Shown here one piece after another: positions 44,275-52,400 of a stretch of 64,000 nucleotides of DNA. The translations under genes and the position numbers were made by a program. Source of the DNA: Acidimicrobiales bacterium (lineage in GTDB: Bacteria; Actinomycetota; Acidimicrobiia; Acidimicrobiales; CADCSY01); the NCBI GenBank assembly GCA_035540955.1, contig DATLFP010000066.1, forward strand, positions 3,055-67,054, in the 5' to 3' direction. Every line of letters starts with the position of its first letter. Position 1 is the stretch's first letter. Under the pieces are notes generated by a model that saw only the letters and a list, made by a program, of their open reading frames with translations, ran no database searches and was not told where the DNA came from.

Positions 44275-45305
44275 TCGAAGCGCATCCCGCGCTCGAGCCC
44301 CCAGCGGATCGACGCCCGCATGCCCTCCAGCAGGCCGACGGAAGGCGCGTAACCGATCTCCCGCTGCGCCGCCGACACGTCACAGGCGATGGTGTCCTTG
44401 AGCTCGCCGAGGACGTGGACCGCCTGCTGGTACCGGCCGCGCGACTGCAGGACGCGATCCGCGACCTCGGCGATCGTGCCCACCGCCCGGGGCACCCGTC
44501 GGAGCCGGCCGGAGACCGCCAGGCCCTCGGCCTCGAGCGCGGTCCGCACCGTCTCGAGGATCTCGCGCAGCTCGTACGGGTCGGGATCGGCGATCCACCA
44601 TGCCCGGCCCGGAGCGGCACCGGCGACCTCAGCCCGCAGGAGCCCGTGCACCAGGTTGCCGGCATAGACCATCGACCGACGCTGCCTGCCGTCCCCGACG
44701 ACGGGGAAGCGGCCCCGCCGCACGGCCGCGAACCACCGGGACTGCCGCTCGGGCTGGAACGGTCCGTAGAACCACGGCGGCCGGACGATCACCGCGGTGA
44801 TGTCACCCCGATCGTGGCTCCGAGCGACGATGCCCTCGGCCTCGAGCTTCGACCGCCCGTACGCCATGTACGGGTTGGGGGTCGAGTCTTCGTCGAAGCG
44901 ATCGAGCGGGTGCCCGTTGGCCCCGAACGGCGAGTTCGACGACACGTGGACGAAGCGACGCACGCCGGCCCGCCGCGCCCGGTCGAGGACGAGCTGGGTC
45001 CCGCCGACGTTCACGTCGAACAGCTCTCGCACCCGCCGGCGGGGGTGGATGACGGCCGCGGCGTGGAAGACGGTGGCATCCTCGCCGATACCGGCGAAGA
45101 GGCGGTCGGCGGTGACAGGGTCGCGGACGTCGCCCACGATCACCTCGACCGCCGGCGAGACCAGGCCCAGCGACGACCCCTCGTCGGGGCTCGCGACGAG
45201 GCATCGCACCTGCTGCCGGTCGCGCAGCGCCCGGACGAGGTTCTGCCCGAGCCAACCGGCGGCACCGGTGACGACGACGGTGGTCGACGGCGGAAGATCG
45301 CTCAC
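44271..45305 (-). CDS. NAD-dependent epimerase/dehydratase family protein (extended SDR)
   Basis: VVVTGAAGWLGQNL, VHVSSNSPFG and YGRSKLEAE. GTG 45305 overlaps the GMC gene stop (GTGA). Confidence 0.85.
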   Translation of the reverse strand: MSDLPPSTTVVVTGAAGWLGQNLVRALRDRQQVRCLVASPDEGSSLGLVSPAVEVIVGDVRDPVTADRLFAGIGEDATVFHAAAVIHPRRRVRELFDVNVGGTQLVLDRARRAGVRRFVHVSSNSPFGANGHPLDRFDEDSTPNPYMAYGRSKLEAEGIVARSHDRGDITAVIVRPPWFYGPFQPERQSRWFAAVRRGRFPVVGDGRQRRSMVYAGNLVHGLLRAEVAGAAPGRAWWIADPDPYELREILETVRTALEAEGLAVSGRLRRVPRAVGTIAEVADRVLQSRGRYQQAVHVLGELKDTIACDVSAAQREIGYAPSVGLLEGMRASIRWGLERGMRFE

Positions 45306-46717
45306 GTGGTCGCCAGGAGGTGCTCAGCGTTGCGGAGGGCGATGGTCATGATGGCGGCCTGCGGGTTCACGCCGGGCGCATCGGGGAGGAGCGACGCGTC
45401 GTTGACCCGCAGGTTCTGCGTGCCGTGGACGCGCCCGAAGCTGTCCGTTCCCGTCCGCCCGGCATCCTCGCCCATCCGCACCGACGACGTGAGGTGCACG
45501 GTCATGAGGTTCGTCCGGCGGCGGTCGACCTGGTCCCACCACGCCCCGAGGTCCTCGAGGCGGTGGGCCACCGTTCCGCCGATCATCGACGGGTACAGGT
45601 CGGTGGCGCCGGCCGCCAGCAACAGCTCACCGAGGTGCACGAGGCCCCGCGCCAGGCGCGACATGTCGGCGTCGGTGAGCGAGTAGGTGACGATCGGCGA
45701 GCGGAGGCCCGGCACCCACACGACGCGGCCGCCGGCGTCGCTGCGGATCGCCGCGTAGTACACGAACAGCTGCTCCCACTCCTCGAGCGACGCCGCCGGG
45801 TCGATGCCGGCGTCCGCGACGGCGAGTGCCAGGTGGCCGCGCCGGCTGGCGGAGCCCCCGATGGTGAGGTTCGGCGCGAACTCGTTGACCCGGTGCATCG
45901 GCACCTCGTCGTGGTCGACGGGGTGCGGGAACCGCGCCGCGATCTTGATCGTGGGGTGGAGCTTCAGCCCGTTGCCGATGTTGCGGCGGAACCCGCTGCG
46001 CTGGAGGAGCGCGGGCGTCTGCACGGCCCCACCGCAGACCACGACGTGGTCGGCGCGGATCTCCAAGGGCTCGCCGTCCCGCTCGCAGCTGGCGCCGATG
46101 ACGCGGTCGCCCGATCTCCGCACCCGCTGGACGCGGCAGCTCGGCAGCACGACGGCGCCGGCGGCGACGGCTCGCGGCAGGAGGGTCCGCGTCATCGTCT
46201 GCTTGACGCCGCGCCCGCCGCCGTCGTCGTCGAAGCGGAACACCCTCGGGAACTCCACCGAGTGCCACCCGAGCTTGCTCGCTCCCCGCTCCAGCAGGGC
46301 TGAGGAGAGCGGCGGCGCTCCCGGGAGGCGCGACACCGACTGCCACTCCTCGACCCGTTCCGCGTAGCCGTCGAGCGCCGCCGCCGAGAACTCCTCGATG
46401 CGGTACCGAGCACGCCACTCCTCGGCAAGGTCCTCCGGCAACCGGTGCCACAGCCCGCTGTTGATCTCGGTGCTGCCGCCCACGCATCGCCCCTCGGCGA
46501 ACGCGACGGGCGGCGAGCCCAACGCCGCCGACGGCCCGTGGTGGCGGTACTTGGCGCGCATCTCCTCGAGGGAGAACGGCTCCAACGAGTCGGGGTCGAC
46601 CCAGGGTCCCTCCTCGGCGACGACGACGTCACGCCCGGCCTCGGCCAGCACCGCCGCTGTGGTCGCCCCGCCGGCGCCCGATCCGATCACCAGGAACTCG
46701 GTGTCGAGACGGCTCAC
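45302..46717 (-). CDS. GMC-family FAD oxidoreductase
   Basis: GTG 46717 gives VSRLDTEFLVIGSGAGGATTAAVLAEAGRDVVVAEEG (GxGxxG). It also has GRCVGGSTEINSG and the C-terminal GTDSFGRVHGTQNLRVNDASLLPDAPGVNPQAAIMTIA GMC signature. The upstream 75 codons of the ORF overlap the small gene. Confidence 0.8.
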   Translation of the reverse strand: MSRLDTEFLVIGSGAGGATTAAVLAEAGRDVVVAEEGPWVDPDSLEPFSLEEMRAKYRHHGPSAALGSPPVAFAEGRCVGGSTEINSGLWHRLPEDLAEEWRARYRIEEFSAAALDGYAERVEEWQSVSRLPGAPPLSSALLERGASKLGWHSVEFPRVFRFDDDGGGRGVKQTMTRTLLPRAVAAGAVVLPSCRVQRVRRSGDRVIGASCERDGEPLEIRADHVVVCGGAVQTPALLQRSGFRRNIGNGLKLHPTIKIAARFPHPVDHDEVPMHRVNEFAPNLTIGGSASRRGHLALAVADAGIDPAASLEEWEQLFVYYAAIRSDAGGRVVWVPGLRSPIVTYSLTDADMSRLARGLVHLGELLLAAGATDLYPSMIGGTVAHRLEDLGAWWDQVDRRRTNLMTVHLTSSVRMGEDAGRTGTDSFGRVHGTQNLRVNDASLLPDAPGVNPQAAIMTIALRNAEHLLATT

Positions 46718-47019
46718 CGACCGCGCTCCGAGCCCGCCAGCTCCTGCTCGGCGAAGAGCACCAGGCCCTTCAGCAGCCGCACGTACTGACGCACGGGCCA
46801 GAGCGGGCTGCGCTCGAGCGCGGGGACCAGCGCGGCGTCGTCGACGCCGCTGACGCGGGCCCACAGCCCGAGTCCGACCGACTCGGCGGCCACGCCGAGG
46901 CGCAGGTGCTCGGGCATGTCCCGCAGCGTGTCGGCCACCCACACCTCGATCCCATCCCGGCGGGCGGGGTCGGTCGAGGCGGTGAGGGCGGCGAGCATCC
47001 GCCGCTCGAAGCCGAGCAT
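46714..47019 (-). CDS. small soluble protein (101 aa), unknown function, first gene of the GMC/SDR operon
   Basis: MLGFERRMLAALTASTDPARRDGIEVWVADTLRDMPEHLRLGV.... Composition is protein-like, and its stop overlaps the GMC start by 4 nt (GTGA). I recognise no family. Confidence 0.5.
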   Translation of the reverse strand: MLGFERRMLAALTASTDPARRDGIEVWVADTLRDMPEHLRLGVAAESVGLGLWARVSGVDDAALVPALERSPLWPVRQYVRLLKGLVLFAEQELAGSERGR

Positions 47020-48697
47020 GGCGGGCGAGGCTAGTGGCGAGCCCTACCGTCTCCCTTCCGTGAGCCGATGGAGCCGGTGGGGACCGATCGCCCTCGTCGC
47101 GGTCGTGTGCGCCCTCCCGCTACCCGGCCTGTGGCGGGCGCCGGGGGCCCCGATGGAAGAGGGCTTCATGCTCACCTTCCCCGAGCTGGTCCTCAAGGGC
47201 TTCGTCCCCCATCGCGACTTCCTGCACCTCTACGGTCCCGGCGGTCTGTGGCTCCTCGCCGGCGTGTACAAGGTCGTCGGCGTCAGCATCGAGGCCGAGC
47301 GCGCCGTCGGCTACCTCCAGCAGCTCGGTGTCGCATTCGGGGTGTTCGTGCTGCTGCGCGGGTGGGGCCGGTGGGTGGCAGCCGCCGGTGGCGCGACGGC
47401 GGCGGTCATCGTGATCCCGCCGATCGGCCTGGTGGCCCTGGCGTGGGTCGGCGCCGTCGCCCTCGGCCTGTGGTCGCTCCAGGCCACGATGGCCGGCACC
47501 GACCGGAACGACCACCGGCTGATCGGCCTCGGCGGGTTGCTCGCCGGTCTCGCCCTCCTGTGGCGCCCCGACCTGATCCTCGCCGTCGCCCTCTCCGGCG
47601 CCGTGCTGCTCACGGCCCTCTCGCCCGCCGCCCGCCGCTGGTACGGCGCCGGGCTCGGCGCCGGGCTGGCGCCGTACCTGTTCCTCCTCGCGTGGGCGGG
47701 GGTCGGCAACGTGGTCACCGGTCTGTTCATCGAGCCCGTCTTCCACCTGCGGGGCGGGCGGCGCCTGCCCCTTCCCCCCTCGTTCGACGCGTTCGACGGG
47801 TTCCTCCAGCGGGCCGGTCTGCTGGCTGAGCCGCCGTGGCCGTTCCCCACCCTCGGGTCGCCACTGCAACTGTCCGTGTGGCTTGGCCTGATCCTCGGCT
47901 CCTGCGCGCTGCTCTTCGCGATCGGTCGAACCGTCGCTCGCCGCACCGGCGACCGCCGGCTGTTCGCCCTCGCACTGTTCGCCTGCGGACTGCTGCCGCA
48001 AGCGCTGCAGCGGGCCGACTCCACCCACCTGGCGTGGGTGAGCTGCGTGCCGTTCGGCTTCACCGCCGCTGCCGTCGCCGTGCTCGTGCGCGACCGGTGG
48101 ACGTGCCGGTGGCGGACCGCCGTCGCCGGGCTCGCCGCCCCGCTGATCATGCTCGTCGTCATCCCCGACTTCACCTGGCGCGCGTACGCCGACTACGTGG
48201 CCGAAGGGTTCGGCCAGGCCCGGAGCGCCGGGGTGATGCGCAAGGGTGACCGCGTCTTCTACTACGGCCGGCCCGACGCGGTCGTGGCCGTGAACGAGCT
48301 GCTCCCGGTGGTCCAGCGCATCGCCCGTGCCGGCGACACCCTCTTCGTGGGCACCGGCGACCTCCGCAAGACGCCCTACAGCGAAGCCTTCCTCTACTAC
48401 CTCCTTCCCGACCTCGACCCCGCCACCCGCTACATCGAGATGGACCCGGGCGTCGCCAACGCCGAGGACTCGGGCCTCGCCGACGAGCTGCGACGAGCCG
48501 ACATCGTGATCCTCTCCTCGATCCGCGACGACTGGGACGAGCCCAACGACTCCCGACTCTTCGGGCCCGACGAGCCGAACCGCGTCATCGAGTCCGAGTT
48601 CTGCCTGGTCCAGTCGTTCGGCACCGGCCTGTTCGGCCGCGGCCTCTACGAGCTGTACACCCGATGTGACCGGGGTGTGCAGGGGGCCGACCGGTAG
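47018..48697 (+). CDS. polytopic membrane protein with C-terminal soluble domain, uncharacterised (GT-C/polymerase-like candidate)
   Basis: About 11 TM helices (IALVAVVCALPLPGL...LLAGVYKVVG...), then the hydrophilic domain MRKGDRVFYYGRPDAVVAVNELL...FVGTGDLRKTPYSEAFLYYLLPDL.... ATG 47018 shares the tetranucleotide CATG with the divergent start. A later start is possible. Confidence 0.6.
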   Translation: MAGEASGEPYRLPSVSRWSRWGPIALVAVVCALPLPGLWRAPGAPMEEGFMLTFPELVLKGFVPHRDFLHLYGPGGLWLLAGVYKVVGVSIEAERAVGYLQQLGVAFGVFVLLRGWGRWVAAAGGATAAVIVIPPIGLVALAWVGAVALGLWSLQATMAGTDRNDHRLIGLGGLLAGLALLWRPDLILAVALSGAVLLTALSPAARRWYGAGLGAGLAPYLFLLAWAGVGNVVTGLFIEPVFHLRGGRRLPLPPSFDAFDGFLQRAGLLAEPPWPFPTLGSPLQLSVWLGLILGSCALLFAIGRTVARRTGDRRLFALALFACGLLPQALQRADSTHLAWVSCVPFGFTAAAVAVLVRDRWTCRWRTAVAGLAAPLIMLVVIPDFTWRAYADYVAEGFGQARSAGVMRKGDRVFYYGRPDAVVAVNELLPVVQRIARAGDTLFVGTGDLRKTPYSEAFLYYLLPDLDPATRYIEMDPGVANAEDSGLADELRRADIVILSSIRDDWDEPNDSRLFGPDEPNRVIESEFCLVQSFGTGLFGRGLYELYTRCDRGVQGADR

Positions 48698-48708
48698 GTT
48701 CCCGGCCC

Positions 48709-49443
48709 GTGCGGACCCTCGTCGTGATGCCCACCTACGAGGAGGCGACCAACGTCCGGGAGGTCCTGCACCGGATCCGGGCGGCCGCTCCCGAGGTCGA
48801 CATCCTCGTGGTCGACGACAGCAGCCCGGACGGCACCGCCGCGCTCGCCCGCGAGGTCGGCGAGGAGCTCGGACGCATCGAGGTGGTCGTGCGGCCCCGC
48901 AAGGACGGCCTCGGCAACGCGTACCGGCACGGCTTCGGGATCGGCCTCGAGCGGGGCTACGAGCGGCTCGTCCAGATCGACGCCGACCTGTCGCACGACC
49001 CCGCGGTCCTGCCCGAGCTGCTCGCCCGCCTCGATCTCGGCGCCGACCTCGCGGTCGGCTCCCGCTACGTCCCCGGCGGTGCCATCCCCGCCGACTGGCC
49101 GTGGCACCGGCGCGCCCTGTCGCGGTGGGGCAACGCGTACGCGTGCTGGGTGCTGGCCCTGCCGATCCGCGACGCCACCGGGGCGTTCCGCGCCTACGAG
49201 GCGCACGCGCTGAAGAGCATCGACGTCCAGTCGACACGGGCCCGCGGCTACGGCTTCCAGATCGAGACCGCGTACCGGATCGCCCGCATCACTGACGCCA
49301 TCCAGGAGATCCCGATCACGTTCACCGACCGCGTGCGCGGCCACTCGAAGCTCTCCCTGCTCGTCGCCGTGGAGGAGCTGGCGCTGGCGACCGGGTGGGG
49401 CGTGCGGGACGTACTGCTGCGGCGACGCCGGCGGCGCCGTTGA
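48709..49443 (+). CDS. ppm1: polyprenol-monophosphomannose synthase (Ppm1 / DPM1-like GT2)
   Basis: VVMPTYEEATNV...ILVVDDSSPDGT...GLGNAYRHGF...QIDADLSHDP...VGSRYVPGG...DATGAFRAY is the canonical bacterial Ppm1 catalytic-domain pattern. Confidence 0.85.
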   Translation: MRTLVVMPTYEEATNVREVLHRIRAAAPEVDILVVDDSSPDGTAALAREVGEELGRIEVVVRPRKDGLGNAYRHGFGIGLERGYERLVQIDADLSHDPAVLPELLARLDLGADLAVGSRYVPGGAIPADWPWHRRALSRWGNAYACWVLALPIRDATGAFRAYEAHALKSIDVQSTRARGYGFQIETAYRIARITDAIQEIPITFTDRVRGHSKLSLLVAVEELALATGWGVRDVLLRRRRRRR

Positions 49444-52400
49444 GCCGGCTGCGGCGGGTCACCAACGCCCTCCCGTTCCTCCTGCTCGCCGGCGTCGCCT
49501 ACGTCCCGCTCCTGCTGACGGCTCCCGGCCGGGTGGCCGCCGACACCAAGACGTACCTCTACCTCGACCCCGGCCGACTCCTCTCTCGGGCGTGGTCGAT
49601 GTGGGACCCGAACATCGGGCTCGGCACGGTCACCCACCAGACGATCGGCTACCTCTGGCCGATGGGACCGTGGTTCTGGTTCTGGGAGTCGGTCGGCGCG
49701 CCCGACTGGGTGGCGCAGCGACTGTGGGTCGGCACCGTGATGCTCGCCGCGGGCGCCGGTCTCGTCTACCTGCTTCGCACCCTGGGCATCCGCTCCGTCC
49801 CCGCGCTCGTCGCCGCCGCGCTCGTCTACGAGCTCTCGCCCTACGTCCTCCACTACGCGGCGCGCATCTCGGTCATCCTCCTGCCGTGGGCCGCCCTCCC
49901 GTGGCTCGTCGCCCTGGTGCATCGCGCACTCCACTCGCGATCGTGGCGCTACCCGGCGGCCTTCGCCCTCGTGGTGGCCACCGCCGGCGGCGTGAACGCC
50001 ACCGCGCTCGTCCTCGCCGGGCTCGGACCCCTCGTGTGGCTGGTGGCAGCGGTCCTCATCGACCCTGACCTGCGCTGGCGAGATGCCGGCCGCGTCGTCG
50101 CCCGCTTCGGCGCCCTCACCACCCTGTGCTCGCTGTGGTGGATCGCCGGGCTCTGGGTGCAGGGCGGGTGGGGCATCGACATCCTCCGTTACACCGAGAC
50201 CGTCGAGACCGTCGCCCGCACGTCGCTGTCGTCAGAGGTGCTCCGGGGTCTTGGCTACTGGTTCTTCTACGGCGGCGACAAGCTCGGCGCCTGGATCGAG
50301 CCGGGCCGCTCCTACACCCAGGAGCTGTGGCTGATCGCCGCCGGCTTCGCCGTCCCCCTCCTCGCGTTCGCGGCGGCGGCCGTCACCCGCTGGCGGCACC
50401 GGGGCACCGCGGTCGCGCTCGTGCTCCTCGGGACGGTGATCGCCGTCGGCGCTTACCCGTACGGCGCGCCGTCGCCCGCCGGCGCCGCCTTCAAGGCGCT
50501 GGCCACGTCCTCGACCGTGGGGCTGGCGTTGCGGAGCACGCCCCGGGCCATCCCTCTCGTCGCCCTCGGCCTCGCCGTGCTGATCGGCGCCGCGCTGGCG
50601 GCCCGACGCGCAGCCGCCCCCGCCATCGCGGTCGGCCTCGTCGCCCTGATCGGGCTCCCACCGCTCTGGACCGGCGACTTCATCGGCGAGAACCTCCAGC
50701 GGCCCGAGACGATCCCCGAGCACTGGCGCGAGGCGGCCGCCGTCCTCGACGGCGGCGATCACGGGACGCGCGTGTGGGAGATCCCCGGCATCGACTTCGC
50801 CTCCTACCGGTGGGGCAACACCGTCGACCCGATCACCCCCGGCCTCATCGACCGGCCCTACGTCGCGCGAGAGCTCATCCCGTACGGCACGCCGGCGGCT
50901 GCCGATCTGCTCATCGCCGCCGACCGGCGCATCCAGGAGATGGTCCTCGATCCCGACGGCCTGGCGGCGGTGGCCCGGCTGCTCGGCGTGGGCGACATCG
51001 TGCTCCGCTCCGATCTGCAGTACGAGCGCTACCGGACACCGCGACCCCGCACCCTCTACCGAGACCTGCGGCCGACGCCCGTCGGCCTGGAGCAACCTCG
51101 GCCCGTCGGCGCGCCGGTCCCCAACGAGGCCATCGACCGGCTCGCCCTCCGCGACGAGGTGTTCCTCGCCACGCCCGCCGACGCCCCCCACCCCGCGCCG
51201 GTCGAGATCTTCGGGGTCGTCGCTCCCCTGCCCATCGTGCGGGCCCGGGCGGCGACGGCCCCGATCGTCGTGGCCGGCGACGGCGAGGGCATCGTCGAGG
51301 CGGCGGCGGTCGGACTCCTCGGCGGCGACTCGGTCGTCCTCTCGAGTGCCGCCCTCACCGACGAGGAGCGGCGCGCCGCCATGGAGGCCGGGGCCGTGCT
51401 GGTCCTCACCGACACCAACCGGCAGCGGGGTCGGCGGTGGGCGACGCTGCGCGACAACGCCGGCTACACCGAGCCAAGGGGCGAGACCCCCCTGCGTCCC
51501 GACCCGAGCGACAACCGCCTGCCGCTGTTCCCCGGTGCGTCCGACGACGCGTTCACCACGGTCGACCTGAGGGGCGCGGCCGCGGTGCGAGCGACCGCCT
51601 ATGGGAACCCTGTGTCGTTCACCCCCGAAGACCGCCCGGCCCTGGCCCTCGACGGCGATCTCGCCACCGCCTGGCAGGTCGGCGCCCTCGACGGGGTGGG
51701 CGGCGAGCGCTGGCGGCTCGACGTCGCCGACCCGGTGCGGACCTCGTCGATCAACGTCGTGCAGGCCCTCAACCCCCACGCCAACCGGTGGATCACCCGG
51801 CTCGAGGTGCGCCTCGACGGCGAGCCGGTCACCACCGTCGACCTCGATGACCGGTCCCGGACCTCCGACGGGCAGGACATCGACCTGGGAGGTGAGCGAC
51901 TGGTCACGGCACTGGAGCTCGTGGTGCGGGGCGACAACGTCGGGAAGCTCGCCCGCTACGACGGGTTCTCCGGTGTCGGCTTCGCCGAGGTACGGGTCGG
52001 CGGCGTGGAGGTCGAGGAGGTCGTGCGTCTGCCCGCTGATCTCCTGCGCGACGGCGCCGCCGGTCACCCGCTCGCCATCGTGCTCGCCCGCATGCGGTCG
52101 AACCCGATCGAGCCGACCGCCGGTGACGAGGAGCGGGCGATGGCCCGCGTGTTCACCCTGCCCGAGGCGCGCTCGTTCCGCCTCAGCGGCCAGGCCCGGG
52201 TGTCGGCCGACCAGCCCGACGATGCCGTCGACCGCGCCCTCGGTGGGACGGCGGTGGTCCGCACGTCGAGTCGCATCGGCGGGGACCTCACCTCCCGGGG
52301 CGTGCACGCCGTCGACCGCGATCCCCGCACCGCGTGGACCACCGCGTTCGGCGAGCAGCGCGGGCAGTGGCTCCACGCCGACCTCGGCGCCGCCCGTTCG

